Source: Minisyncoccota bacterium | GTDB taxonomy: Bacteria > Patescibacteriota > Minisyncoccia > UBA6257 > JAGOQP01 | Direction: 5' to 3' | Assembly (NCBI GenBank): GCA_041661795.1 | Contig: JBAZTS010000003.1 | Location: forward strand, 3,939-67,938 | DNA: 64,000 nucleotides | In this document: one piece after another, positions 20,375 through 30,328 of the stretch | Layout: each line of letters starts with the position of its first letter | How positions within the stretch are numbered: the stretch's first letter is position 1 | Program-made: the position numbers and the translations under genes | The notes under the pieces: generated by a model | Told to the model about the DNA's origin: nothing | What the model saw: the letters and a program-made list of their open reading frames with translations, nothing else | Databases searched by the model: none

Positions 20375-21286
20375 ATGACTGAAATTCAAAAATACGAAAA
20401 AGATTATTTAGATTATCTGGAAATAGAAAAAAACAGGTCGCCAAAAACCATAGAAAACTACAGGCGCTATCTTGATGAGTTTATAAAAGATGAAAAACTG
20501 AAATATTTAAAAGATTTAACCGTAGAAAGCGTCAAAAACTTTCGGCTCTTTTTGTCCAGAAAAGAAAGCGGACAAGATGGGTTTATTAAAAAAAATACCC
20601 AAAGCTATTATGTTATAGCTATTAGAAATTTTCTTAAGTATTTGGCCAGAAACAAAATAAAAACCGAAATATTATCCGAACAAATCGACCTTCCTAAAGT
20701 TTCCCAAAGACAGATAGAAATAATAGAATACGCCGATTTGGAAAGATTTTTAAAGGGTCCGGATGGAAATTCTCTAAAATCCCTTAGAGATAAAGCAATT
20801 TTGGAAACTCTTTTTTCTACCGGACTTCGTGTTTCAGAACTCTGTTCTCTTTCACGATATATTGATTTAAAAAGAGAGGAGATAACGGTTAGAGGAAAGG
20901 GGGATAAATTAAGAGTGGTTTTCCTTTCTCAAAGAGCCAAAGAGGCAATTGAAAAGTATTTAAACAAAAGAGGTGACGCCGACCAAGCGATGTTTGTTAG
21001 TTTAACTAAATCTAAAAATCCAAAGGTTATAGGAAAAATTTTACCAAGAACAGTTCAGCGTCTAGTAAAATTTTATGCCAAAAAAGCGGGAATCTTAGGA
21101 AAAGTAACACCCCATCAACTGCGTCATCAGTTTGCCACGGATCTTTTAATGAACGGGGCCGACATCCGCTCAGTGCAAGCGCTTTTGGGACACGCCAATA
21201 TTTCCACAACTCAAATTTACACTCACGTAACTAATAAAGAGTTAAAAGAAATCCACCACACCTTCCATGCCCGCAGGAGAAAATAA
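20375..21286 (+). CDS. Xer-family tyrosine recombinase
   Basis: TGLRVSEL, GKGDK.R, HQLRH.FAT, LLGH...TTQIY. Confidence 0.95.
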   Translation: MTEIQKYEKDYLDYLEIEKNRSPKTIENYRRYLDEFIKDEKLKYLKDLTVESVKNFRLFLSRKESGQDGFIKKNTQSYYVIAIRNFLKYLARNKIKTEILSEQIDLPKVSQRQIEIIEYADLERFLKGPDGNSLKSLRDKAILETLFSTGLRVSELCSLSRYIDLKREEITVRGKGDKLRVVFLSQRAKEAIEKYLNKRGDADQAMFVSLTKSKNPKVIGKILPRTVQRLVKFYAKKAGILGKVTPHQLRHQFATDLLMNGADIRSVQALLGHANISTTQIYTHVTNKELKEIHHTFHARRRK

Positions 21287-21351
21287 TCGATAAAAATAAA
21301 TACGAATAGAAAAGATGGAGTTAAATAACAAATTTATATAGCAGTGTTTAC

Positions 21352-21388
21352 CTCTCTTATCGGCCGATCGTTCAATAAGAGAGATTAA
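21352..21388. repeat. 37-bp palindromic direct repeat, copy 1
   Basis: ctctcttatcggccgatcgttcaataagagagattaa. Confidence 0.92.
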
Positions 21389-21442
21389 AAACTAGAGTTA
21401 AAAACACAAGCCAAACATAAACCAAAAAGATAAGAATTAGAA

Positions 21443-22021
21443 CTAGGAGATTTGCTCCAAACTCCCGTGTTTGGTTATCTCAAATATTTCCACATAACTC
21501 AACATTTTTAGTCCCCTCAGGTCGTCCAGGAATTCTTCTGGTAATTTTGTTTTTCCTATCCAAACACTTTTTTGGATTAAATTAAAATCAAGATTTTTCA
21601 ATACTACCGACAACCATTTTCTTTTTTTCCTCTCTGCCTCCGGAACATCAAAAGCGACCACAGTTACTCTGTTATTTGGAGGTCCCTTTTTATATTTAGT
21701 TACGGGCAAAGAGATTTTTAATTTTATTCTTAATTTCCCCAACAAGATTTTACCCTTATTGGTTAATCTTAATTTGTCCCGATTTTTACTCTCTATCAAC
21801 CCGTCCCTTTTTAATCTATAAACCAAGTTATAAAATTTTTGCTTTTCTCCTTTTACAGCTTCCGCTTCGGCTTTTTTTGACAAAGTTTTATAATACGCTC
21901 TATCCATATCAGACAAAGAAGCTCCGTAACCAGCCTCAAGAAATGACTCTATTAAAAGTCCTACTGCCGTTACGCCGTTCTTTATTAACTCCAAAGCCTG
22001 TAACATTTTGTCCTCTTTCAT
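21443..22021 (-). CDS. PaaX-like regulator (wHTH + Cas2-like ferredoxin domain)
   Basis: YRLKRDGLI....LT.KG winged helix; VVAFDVPE..R.KR.WL...L..LDF..IQKSVW. Confidence 0.82.
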   Translation of the reverse strand: MKEDKMLQALELIKNGVTAVGLLIESFLEAGYGASLSDMDRAYYKTLSKKAEAEAVKGEKQKFYNLVYRLKRDGLIESKNRDKLRLTNKGKILLGKLRIKLKISLPVTKYKKGPPNNRVTVVAFDVPEAERKKRKWLSVVLKNLDFNLIQKSVWIGKTKLPEEFLDDLRGLKMLSYVEIFEITKHGSLEQIS

Positions 22022-22053
22022 ATTTATTACTATTACATTTTTGTTACATTATA

Positions 22054-22090
22054 CTCTTTTATCGGCCGATCGTCCAATAAGAGAGATTAA
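22054..22090. repeat. 37-bp palindromic direct repeat, copy 2
   Basis: ctcttttatcggccgatcgtccaataagagagattaa; 35/37 identical to copy 1. Confidence 0.92.
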
Positions 22091-22145
22091 GTTATAAGCA
22101 ATGGAATTGAAATTAAAGTCGGGTATTTTCCAAACAAAAATTTAG

Positions 22146-22226
22146 TGGGCAGGGAGGGACTTGAACCCTCAAACCTTGCGGCACTAGCTCCTAAAGCTAG
22201 CGTGTTTACCATTTCACCACCTGCCC
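22146..22226 (-). tRNA. tRNA-Leu(TAG)
   Basis: GGGCAGG acceptor stem, CTAGC-TT TAG GA-GCTAG anticodon arm, long variable arm, GGTTCAAGTCC. Confidence 0.97.
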
Positions 22227-22389
22227 AGTAGTACTATAGTATTTTAAAATACGGATTTTTTCAATAATAAGAGAAAAAACACTAATAAAATAGCCATTGT
22301 TCCCTATTTACAAACTCTTTGTAATATGCTATTATATAGGGTAGAACTTATCAAACAACTTTCTCGCCTTTGGAAAAGGCGTGGGATTT

Positions 22390-22420
22390 ACCCCCACACC
22401 AATTCTATTGGTGTGGGGGT
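22390..22420. repeat. 31-bp perfect palindrome (14-3-14), CCACAC family
   Basis: acccccacaccaat-tct-attggtgtgggggt; sister copy at 35713. Confidence 0.8.
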
Positions 22421-22490
22421 TTATAGGGTGCTTTAAATGCAGTTAACAACAACTATCCCCGATTCTAATCGGGGAGGAAGGAAGTGGAAG

Positions 22491-23525
22491 ATGTCGACTT
22501 TGTTGTCCACACTGTTATTTGGTCTGGCTGGAGTGGCATTCCTGCTGTTTGTGGGAATCGCCATCTTCGTCAACGGCTGGAGAAAAGTTCCACCGTATCC
22601 GTTCATGGTCGCGAGGAAGAAGTTTAACCGCTTTATCGAGACGATGACGAACGATACAACAACAGGAGGATCAACTACGCCACGTTTCATTCTGAAGCCA
22701 GGAGGAGACCAGTTGTTTATCCTCTATCCGTGGTTCCAGAGTGGTGTGGTGGTGGATTGCTCTGACAAGAACTTCGACGGATCAGTGGACGGAGTCAGGG
22801 CTCTCAAGAAGACCGCAGAGGGAAAGTATGAGGTTGGATTCGATCTCTCCATTCCCTACGAGATCACGGTCTTCATCGACTCCAAGCGATTCGACAAGTT
22901 CGTCGAAGCATGTGGAGGCATCGAAGGGGACAATGTGACTGATGGACATTTTAAGAAGGTCGAGAAGATCCTCAACGGAATCATCACCGAACAGATGGTT
23001 TCCATCGCCGCGTCCATGAAGTCCACCACTCCAAAACCGGACGGGACAACAGACGAGGGAGTGATCTGGGAGGATTTCTACAAGCGCATCGCTGATATCG
23101 CCGACCAACTCATCCGACAGATCGCAGCCGCTGAGGCGGAAGGCGGCCTTGTGCACGACAGCGAAATCCAGAGCGTCCGGAGTGGCAAGGGGAAACTCCC
23201 GTTGAAGCGACTTGGCATCAAGATCAAGCGCTTCAATTTACAAGAACCCAAGCTTCCCAAGAGCATTTCAGACGCAATAGCAAAGAGGGAAGCCGAGGAG
23301 CGAGAGAAGGACGCGGAGAAGACAGAAATGGACGGAGTGATAGACCGAATCAACGACGCCAAGACAAAGACCGGTCTCTCGCCCGAACGCGCTATGGATC
23401 TTGTTCAGAGTGAGCGTGGCAAGGCACGGCGCATCGTTCACACCATCGATCAACAAGGAAAATCAAGTGGGAGTGGGTCAACTCCCGTCATTGTGATTCA
23501 AGAAACAACCGGAAAGGGGGAGTAA
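22491..23525 (+). CDS. SPFH/Band-7-like membrane protein, GC-rich
   Basis: N-terminal TM, G.KI.RFNL.E..LP....A...E.E..E...E coiled coil; purine-rich SD-like tract before ATG 22491. Confidence 0.6.
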   Translation: MSTLLSTLLFGLAGVAFLLFVGIAIFVNGWRKVPPYPFMVARKKFNRFIETMTNDTTTGGSTTPRFILKPGGDQLFILYPWFQSGVVVDCSDKNFDGSVDGVRALKKTAEGKYEVGFDLSIPYEITVFIDSKRFDKFVEACGGIEGDNVTDGHFKKVEKILNGIITEQMVSIAASMKSTTPKPDGTTDEGVIWEDFYKRIADIADQLIRQIAAAEAEGGLVHDSEIQSVRSGKGKLPLKRLGIKIKRFNLQEPKLPKSISDAIAKREAEEREKDAEKTEMDGVIDRINDAKTKTGLSPERAMDLVQSERGKARRIVHTIDQQGKSSGSGSTPVIVIQETTGKGE

Positions 23526-23526
23526 C

Positions 23527-24003
23527 ATGCCAAACAAGGACTCTCTCGAGAAAGCGTCTCCTCCTTGGACACCAAGAGCCAGAGGATGTTTTCTTTTCAT
23601 TTTCTTGTTTCTGACTGTCGTTGCCATCGCCGTCGTCTCATTCTGGCCCGAAGGCAACGGCGCCAAGACCGTCGAGGCGGTCAGGCAGATCCCAGTGGTC
23701 GCGGAGATCAGTCTGGGACAAACTAAACAAGTCGCAATCCAGCCTGGACACGTAGTAGCAGTTCGCTTCGTTCTCAACCCCGGCGAACCGCCCGGTGAGT
23801 GGGGTTACCGATGGCTTGAGAGAGAGGAAGGGTTGTGCGCAAGTGTGACCCTTTCCTCGGGTTTGGTGCCCCCATTTGTGGATTGCGCCAAGCCCATCAC
23901 CATCGTGCCCCTACCCAAAATCAGGACGACCACCCAAATGATCGTCCACAACACCAGTGAGAAAACAGCCAAACTGGAGTTCTTCCTGACAAGGCCGATT
24001 TAG
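23527..24003 (+). CDS. Hypothetical single-TM protein, GC-rich
   Basis: Starts 1 nt after the previous stop; one TM helix. Confidence 0.65.
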   Translation: MPNKDSLEKASPPWTPRARGCFLFIFLFLTVVAIAVVSFWPEGNGAKTVEAVRQIPVVAEISLGQTKQVAIQPGHVVAVRFVLNPGEPPGEWGYRWLEREEGLCASVTLSSGLVPPFVDCAKPITIVPLPKIRTTTQMIVHNTSEKTAKLEFFLTRPI

Positions 24004-24022
24004 AGCACCCTAACGAACACAA

Positions 24023-24068
24023 AAAAAACAAAGACCCGACCGCTCACGCGATCGGGCTCTTTTGTTTT
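24023..24068. terminator. Bidirectional terminator
   Basis: aaaacaaagacccga...tcgggctctttgtttt between convergent genes. Confidence 0.75.
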
Positions 24069-24084
24069 AACAAAACTTTTATTT

Positions 24085-24483
24085 TTATAAGAGGCCTCCA
24101 GTTCCTTTATTAAGAGATCCTTCAACAAATTTAACAATTCCCCAAGAGAGCAAAGCAACAACTATACCGATAACGGCATAGAGAAGCATACTCTTGGCTT
24201 TTTTGACTTTGGTGTCATCTCCACTGCTGGTAATAAAGTAGAAAGCGGCGATAAGAATAAACAGGACAGCGACTATAAACAGAATTGTATAGACCCACTG
24301 AACTATTTTAGTAAATATCGCTACCGCTCCACTAACAGTTGTTGGAGCTCCCGGATTGTTCACTATATTACAGGGAAGTGCTCCTGGCTGTCCACACGGA
24401 ATCGGAGCCGCAGAAACTAAAGAAGTACTCAAAATCCCAAATAAAGCCAACAAAAGAAGAGAGGAAATTAATTTTTTTGACAT
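24085..24483 (-). CDS. TrbC/VirB2-like pilin
   Basis: Signal peptide plus two TMs with the AV..I..A F..ITS.GD..KV.KAK..L.YA.IG pattern. Confidence 0.85.
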   Translation of the reverse strand: MSKKLISSLLLLALFGILSTSLVSAAPIPCGQPGALPCNIVNNPGAPTTVSGAVAIFTKIVQWVYTILFIVAVLFILIAAFYFITSSGDDTKVKKAKSMLLYAVIGIVVALLSWGIVKFVEGSLNKGTGGLL

Positions 24484-24544
24484 AATTTATTTTCAATTTT
24501 TACGACCTTTTTACTTTAAATAATTATAACAAATTATTTTAAAA

Positions 24545-24979
24545 TTAGTAGTTACCACCAGATCTCAAGAAGTTGTCTATAATAATAGGAATACCGGCTC
24601 CTAAAATTGCAACAACAATAGCAATAACGGCATATTTTAATTGAGCTCTGGCAATTTTGACTTTAGCGTCATTACTCCCCCCTTGAATAAAGTTATAAGC
24701 GGAAAGCAATATAAAGAGAACAGCAACAATAAAGAATATAGTGTAAATCCAACGAATAATTCCAAAAACAACTTGCTTAGCAGACCAACTTCCGCCCGGC
24801 TGAGCACTCACACTATTAAGACCGGTTATCGGACTTCGTAATTTAGGATCACTCCCAAACGGATTTATAATTTCCTCTCTAGTTGGTGGAGTAGCAACAG
24901 CCGCCAAAACGAAACTATTTATAAAGAAAACATTGATAAACAAAAAGCTTAAAGATACTAAAACAAATTTTTTAATCAT
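24545..24979 (-). CDS. TrbC/VirB2-like pilin
   Basis: Paralog of its neighbours (WIYTIFFIVAVLFIL...AR..LKYAVI). Confidence 0.85.
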   Translation of the reverse strand: MIKKFVLVSLSFLFINVFFINSFVLAAVATPPTREEIINPFGSDPKLRSPITGLNSVSAQPGGSWSAKQVVFGIIRWIYTIFFIVAVLFILLSAYNFIQGGSNDAKVKIARAQLKYAVIAIVVAILGAGIPIIIDNFLRSGGNY

Positions 24980-24994
24980 TTTTTATTTTTAATT

Positions 24995-25336
24995 TTAATT
25001 TCCCGACCTTAAGAAATTGTCTATAATAGCAGCCACGCCCGTAGAAATTAGAGCTATTACTATAGCAATAACCGCATATTTTAAACGAGCCACTCCTTCT
25101 TTCACTTTCTCTGGCCTACCTTCAGACATCAAAAACGTATAAGCCCCAAGAAGTATGAAAAGAATGGCTAATATGAAAAATATTGTATATGCCCATTTAA
25201 CAGCTTTCAAAAGCAGATTCTGAACACCTTGAAAATCTGTGACTATCGGTTCCAAAACAGGTTGGGCCAATACAGGATAAGATAACAAGGAAAATAAACT
25301 GAGTATTATAATAATGCTAAAAAGTGTTTTTTTCAT
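24995..25336 (-). CDS. TrbC/VirB2-like pilin
   Basis: WAYTIFFILA..G....G.PEKV..G...LKYAVI. Confidence 0.85.
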   Translation of the reverse strand: MKKTLFSIIIILSLFSLLSYPVLAQPVLEPIVTDFQGVQNLLLKAVKWAYTIFFILAILFILLGAYTFLMSEGRPEKVKEGVARLKYAVIAIVIALISTGVAAIIDNFLRSGN

Positions 25337-25340
25337 ATAT

Positions 25341-25724
25341 TTATGGATTTGCCGGCTGATTGACTCCCAAAAATTCTTTTAGTAATAACACCAAACTGCT
25401 TGCCACTAATATAACGGCAAATCCTATAACGGCATTATATATAATCTTTTTGCCCTTATCAAACTTGGCCTGATTTCCTCCGGCAGTCAACATATTAAAT
25501 CCGCCAAATAAAACCATAAGAGTAAGAATAGGAACTGAAATTATAATAAGCCAATTAGTGGCTTTAGTTATTAAATCGGAAAAACTTTCCGTACCTAATG
25601 GGTTTTTAAGTTTTATGGACGTTTTGGGTTGCGGATCTGTGGGTCCAACAGGATCGGCAAATACCAACTTTTGAATAGGAAACAAAAAAAGTGCTAAAAA
25701 GATAGAATAAAATAACTTCTTCAT
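25341..25724 (-). CDS. TrbC/VirB2-like pilin
   Basis: L.NPLG, GGF.MLTAGGN..K...GK..I..A.IG. Confidence 0.85.
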   Translation of the reverse strand: MKKLFYSIFLALFLFPIQKLVFADPVGPTDPQPKTSIKLKNPLGTESFSDLITKATNWLIIISVPILTLMVLFGGFNMLTAGGNQAKFDKGKKIIYNAVIGFAVILVASSLVLLLKEFLGVNQPANP

Positions 25725-25755
25725 AATTAAATTATAACAACATTATTTTATAAAA

Positions 25756-26232
25756 CTATCCCTTTATCCCCAGGAGGGTTATAAGAGTGTCCACTATTAA
25801 CCAAGCGGCGAATGTAATCAATAGAGCAATAATTACTCCTTGAGCCATACTCTTTCCTTTGGAAAATTTCCCTTCGTTGCCTTGGGCGGTCATCATCATA
25901 AATCCTCCCACCATTATCCAAATAACTCCCACCGGAACAGCCACACTAAAAACAGCAAACCAGATTATCTTATCAACCATCACCATAAAATGCTTAAAGG
26001 TGCATGGAACTAAAGTTGTTTTGGTTGTTGGGTCTTCGTTTCCACAAGGAACTAATGGAATTTTACCGTTCCTTGATTCGCATTTTATTCCGTCGGGTTC
26101 TTCGCTGTTACATGGAACAACAATAATTGGCGGAGAGTTTGGCTCCTGCGGTTGAGCAGAAACAAAACTCGTTGAAAAAATATTAAACAAGACCAACCCG
26201 AACAAAGTTAAATAAAATATTTTTTTTGGCAT
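25756..26232 (-). CDS. TrbC/VirB2-like pilin with a Cys-containing N-terminal region
   Basis: LVPCG...PCTF.H, GGF.MMTAQGN..K...GK. Confidence 0.85.
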   Translation of the reverse strand: MPKKIFYLTLFGLVLFNIFSTSFVSAQPQEPNSPPIIVVPCNSEEPDGIKCESRNGKIPLVPCGNEDPTTKTTLVPCTFKHFMVMVDKIIWFAVFSVAVPVGVIWIMVGGFMMMTAQGNEGKFSKGKSMAQGVIIALLITFAAWLIVDTLITLLGIKG

Positions 26233-26236
26233 GTTG

Positions 26237-27544
26237 TTAGAGACTATTTATTTCTTCTTGAGCAAACCTTAATCCCTGTTGTTTTGATATCTTACCAGAA
26301 AGAATGTCTGAAATCATATTTCCTAAAACTTTTTTAGCTCCCATAAAATCACGTCTCTGCCAAGTTTTGGCAATTAACGCTCCTCTTAAAAACGGCCCGT
26401 TTTCTCCGGAAATATTATCTTCTATCAATGATTTTAGAGCAGGCAACTTTCCCGACAAACTCATATATGTCGTAAGCACCGATTCTGTTGTGGTTAGGTG
26501 TTTAACAAAATCCCAAGACGCATAAACTTTAAGAGGAACAAGCTGAGACGAAACAGCAACGCCCCAATAATCCGCCACATTTGATTTTTGAGAGGCGCTG
26601 GCTCCCTTTATCTGAGGAAGATCTATAACTTCAAAATTAAGAAATGGGTTTTTGGCTTTAATTTTTGCAATATCGCTCTGATATCCAATTATCATTCCCA
26701 ACTTTCCCAGAGCAAATTCGCTTATATAATCCCCCAATCCTTCGTTCCAGGTGTAATAAGAATTAATCGGATCGGAAAATTGCATAAAGAAATCAAGTCC
26801 GTTTTGAGCATTAGCGTCAAAATAAACTCCCGACTGATTTTGATTTACAAAAGTTGAACCGGACTGAAACATAAGAGCGGTTAAAACATCGGTAGCCACA
26901 GATATGTTTTTATATGCCCCCAAAGCCGTTGCCGGAAGATTTATTTTTTTGTTGTCGCCAATTTCTCTTATTTTTATAATTAGCTCCGTAAATTCATCCC
27001 AAGTGGTTGGGAGGGATATAATTGATTTTGAATTAAAAATATCTTTGTTATAAAAAAGAGCCAAGGAATCCATATTCAAAGGCAGAGCTAAAACATTTCC
27101 GTTTAAAACAAAATCCTTGGAAACAACGCTGGGAAATAACTTGGAAACAGTTTGGGCTGAAATTATAGTAGATGGAGCGGCCGACATTTTACCCCAGTGC
27201 TCATAAGGCCAGGCGGCAGGAATCATAAAAATATCAGGGCCTCTTTTTTCGGCTAAGGCGTTGAAAAGCTCTTTTTGATAGCTTTCAAGAGAGTCAAATT
27301 CTTTATAAACTACCTCGACATTTTCGTGGATTGCTTTATATGAACTAAGGGCTTGTTCAAAATAACTTGTCTGATCACCAACGCCCCAAAAATCTATTTT
27401 GACCGAATCAGTTGGATAGTTTGGATCGCCCCCGGAGCCGCCACTGTTAAAGATAGGAATAACTCCTAAAACTCCCAAGATAATAATTATTACCAATAGC
27501 AAAACAGCTCCAATAATAATGATCTGGTTTTTTGTAAAAGACAT
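26237..27544 (-). CDS. Extracellular solute-binding protein (sugar SBP family 1)
   Basis: N-terminal TM, GPDIF, ALPL..D.LALFYNKD.F, P.TWDE. Confidence 0.88.
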   Translation of the reverse strand: MSFTKNQIIIIGAVLLLVIIIILGVLGVIPIFNSGGSGGDPNYPTDSVKIDFWGVGDQTSYFEQALSSYKAIHENVEVVYKEFDSLESYQKELFNALAEKRGPDIFMIPAAWPYEHWGKMSAAPSTIISAQTVSKLFPSVVSKDFVLNGNVLALPLNMDSLALFYNKDIFNSKSIISLPTTWDEFTELIIKIREIGDNKKINLPATALGAYKNISVATDVLTALMFQSGSTFVNQNQSGVYFDANAQNGLDFFMQFSDPINSYYTWNEGLGDYISEFALGKLGMIIGYQSDIAKIKAKNPFLNFEVIDLPQIKGASASQKSNVADYWGVAVSSQLVPLKVYASWDFVKHLTTTESVLTTYMSLSGKLPALKSLIEDNISGENGPFLRGALIAKTWQRRDFMGAKKVLGNMISDILSGKISKQQGLRFAQEEINSL

Positions 27545-27562
27545 ATTCTGATTATATCACAT

Positions 27563-30022
27563 TTAAAAACAAATTATGGCTACAATTTTGTCGTTATCTT
27601 TTAAACGCATTACCCTAACTCCACTGGTGGCCCTAGCGCTTTGTCTAACATCAGAAATCTTTGTTTTAATAATTTGTCCTTTGGCGGAGAGAACAATTAC
27701 TTCTTCTTCCGCGCTTATTACTTTACAAGCTACCACATTTCCTGTTTTTGGATTAATCTTGGCGGTTTTTATTCCCTGCCCTCCCCTAGATTGAACTTTG
27801 TATTCTTTTAGAGATGTTTGCTTGGCAAAACCATGTTCCATAATAATCAATAATTTTTCACCTTTATTTACAATATCAATTCCAATAACAGAGTCAGCGC
27901 TTTTTAGTTTGATTCCCCTAATACCAGCAGCGGTTCTTCCCATCGGTCTTAGTTGAGATTCTTTAAATCTGATCGCCTGCCCTTTAGCGGTCACTAAAAT
28001 TATTTCATCTTTTCCAAAGGACGGTTTTACCCATTTAAGAAAGTCCCCTTTTTTCAAGTTAATGGCTATAATTCCACTTCTCCTGACGTTAGAAAAATCT
28101 TCTATGGGAACTTTCTTAATTATCCCTTTAGAAGTAGCCATAACTAAATATTTAATATCTTCTGATTTATCGCTGTAAGTAACAATAGCCCCAATTCCTT
28201 CCGAAGGAGGAATATCCAAAAAATTATGGATAATTTTCCCTTTGGCGGTTCTTGAACCAACGGGAATTTCATAGACCTTGGTCTGATAAACTTTTCCGCT
28301 GTCGGTGAAAAAAAGAATATTGTCGTGCGTGTTAGCATATAAAAGATTGGTAAGAAAATCATCCTCTCCAACCTCCGAACCGATAAGCCCCTTTCCTCCC
28401 CTGCCCTGAACTTTAAACGTGTCGGGGTTGATTCTTTTTATATATCCACTAGAAGACAACGTAATTATCGCCTCTTCTTGAGCTATTAAATCTTCGTCCT
28501 TAAATTCGGTTAGTCCCGATTCAATGATTTGAGTTCTTCGTGGGTCGCCATATTTTTCTTTCATCTCTAAAAGCTCTCGCTCTATAACTTCAAGTATCTT
28601 TTTAGGCGAAGACAAAATGGTTTCTAGGTCTTTTATTATCTTTTTCTTTTCTTTGAGCTCGTCTTCAATTTTTTGTCTTTCCAACGAAGCCAAGGTTTGT
28701 AATTTCATTTCTAAAATGGCGGTAGTTTGAACATCGGTAAATTTAAATTTGCTCATTAAATTTTTATGAGCTTCTTCTTTATTTTTAGATTTTTTAATTG
28801 TAGAAATAACCGCATCAATATGGTCTAGGGCCTTGGAAAGACCATCTAAAATATGAGCCCGATCTTTGGCTTTGGTTAAATCAAACTGGGTTCTTCTTTT
28901 TATAACAATTTGTCTGTGTAGAAGATATTGCTCTAATACCTCTTTTAGGGAAAGTAGTTGCGGTTGAATTCCATTAACCAGTCCTATCATATTTAAATGA
29001 AAGTCCTTTTGCAGTTCGGTGTTTTTAAAAAGCTGGTTTAAAAGTTTTTGGGGAGCAACGTCATTTTTTAACTCAACCACAATAGAAAGTCCGTCCTTAT
29101 CGCTTTCATCTCTTAAATCTTTTATTCCTTCTATTTTTTTGTCTCCTACTAATTGAGCAATTTTTTGTATAAGTTCAGATTTGTTTACCTGATAAGGAAT
29201 TTCTGAAATGGAAATATTATATTGACCGGCTTTTCTTTCAACGATTTCGGCTTTAGCTCTACAAGTAATAGACCCTTGGCCGGTTGAATAAATTTCGGCC
29301 ATGTTCTTGGCCCCATGGATTATTCCACCCGTAGGAAAATCTGGTCCCTTGACATGTTTTACCAACTGAACGGTTGAGATTGAGGGATCTTTTATGATAG
29401 CCAGTGTGGCGTCAATAATTTCCCCCAAATTATGTGGAAAAATATTTGTCGCCATACCAACGGCTATACCCATAGAACCATAAATCAGAAGATGAGGAAT
29501 TTTTGAAGGAAGGACCGTGGGCTCGTTTCTGGAAGAATCATAGTTTGGAATAAAATCAACCGTGTCTTTTTCTATATCAATTAAAAGTTCTTCGGCAATT
29601 TTTGAGAGACGACACTCGGTGTATCTCATAGCGGCCGCATTATCTCCATCAACGCTTCCCCAGTTGCCCTGACCATCAATCAACGGATAACGCAAGGAAA
29701 AACCCTGAGCCATTCTTACCATAGCATCATAAACCGAAGAATCACCATGTGGATGGTATCTTCCTAAAACCTCTCCAACAACGTTAGCGGATTTTCTGTA
29801 TTTGGCCGAATGAGTCAGTCCAGAGTCCCACATGGCCCAAAGGATTCTCCTATGAACCGGTTTTAATCCATCTCTAACATCGGGAAGGGCGCGGGTGACA
29901 ATAACCGACATAGCATAATCCAAATAAGAGGTTTCTAATTCTTTGGTTATTTCGGTCTGAACAACTCCTTGTGTCACCTCAATATTTTGATTTTTTTCTT
30001 TCTCCTGTTTGTCTTTTGCCAT
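27563..30022 (-). CDS. gyrA: DNA gyrase subunit A
   Basis: [28 protein letters not shown], GyrA-box QGRGGKG. Confidence 0.99.
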   Translation of the reverse strand: MAKDKQEKEKNQNIEVTQGVVQTEITKELETSYLDYAMSVIVTRALPDVRDGLKPVHRRILWAMWDSGLTHSAKYRKSANVVGEVLGRYHPHGDSSVYDAMVRMAQGFSLRYPLIDGQGNWGSVDGDNAAAMRYTECRLSKIAEELLIDIEKDTVDFIPNYDSSRNEPTVLPSKIPHLLIYGSMGIAVGMATNIFPHNLGEIIDATLAIIKDPSISTVQLVKHVKGPDFPTGGIIHGAKNMAEIYSTGQGSITCRAKAEIVERKAGQYNISISEIPYQVNKSELIQKIAQLVGDKKIEGIKDLRDESDKDGLSIVVELKNDVAPQKLLNQLFKNTELQKDFHLNMIGLVNGIQPQLLSLKEVLEQYLLHRQIVIKRRTQFDLTKAKDRAHILDGLSKALDHIDAVISTIKKSKNKEEAHKNLMSKFKFTDVQTTAILEMKLQTLASLERQKIEDELKEKKKIIKDLETILSSPKKILEVIERELLEMKEKYGDPRRTQIIESGLTEFKDEDLIAQEEAIITLSSSGYIKRINPDTFKVQGRGGKGLIGSEVGEDDFLTNLLYANTHDNILFFTDSGKVYQTKVYEIPVGSRTAKGKIIHNFLDIPPSEGIGAIVTYSDKSEDIKYLVMATSKGIIKKVPIEDFSNVRRSGIIAINLKKGDFLKWVKPSFGKDEIILVTAKGQAIRFKESQLRPMGRTAAGIRGIKLKSADSVIGIDIVNKGEKLLIIMEHGFAKQTSLKEYKVQSRGGQGIKTAKINPKTGNVVACKVISAEEEVIVLSAKGQIIKTKISDVRQSARATSGVRVMRLKDNDKIVAIICF

Positions 30023-30042
30023 CTTAAATTAACAAAAAAATA

Positions 30043-30324
30043 TTATTTTATTATATTTGAAATATTATCTATTCCGGTTACCATTTTTTCTCTTACTATA
30101 GAAATCCCATTTTTAAATGACCCCCAGAATTCCGAAAAGCTTCCCTCTTGCTCCTTAATAGCGATGTCTTTTTCTCCCAAAGACCTAAACACGGAACCAA
30201 AAATAATTATCCATACCAAAAAAATAAAACCAAATAAAGAAATAACTGTTATAAAAAACCATTTCTTCCTGGTCCCAAAATCTCCGTATCTGACTTTGTT
30301 TATTTTATCTATTAAATCACTCAT
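30043..30324 (-). CDS. Hypothetical membrane protein
   Basis: One TM helix; closely packed between co-oriented genes. Confidence 0.65.
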   Translation of the reverse strand: MSDLIDKINKVRYGDFGTRKKWFFITVISLFGFIFLVWIIIFGSVFRSLGEKDIAIKEQEGSFSEFWGSFKNGISIVREKMVTGIDNISNIIK

Positions 30325-30328
30325 CCTT

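Noticed and set aside
21352-22090. CRISPR array with cas2
   Set aside because: Only two repeats, 665 bp apart, with a gene between them. There are no spacer-sized units and no cas1 or effector genes, and the protein has an N-terminal wHTH as in PaaX-like regulators.
20375-22226. Integrase island inserted at tRNA-Leu
   Set aside because: No duplicated tRNA 3' end (att) was found beyond the recombinase, which looks like the housekeeping Xer with host-like composition.
22433-23777. Several overlapping antisense or alternative-frame ORFs
   Set aside because: Expected by-product of higher GC in the islet, with no recognisable motifs. Other short antisense ORFs over housekeeping genes were dismissed for the same reason.
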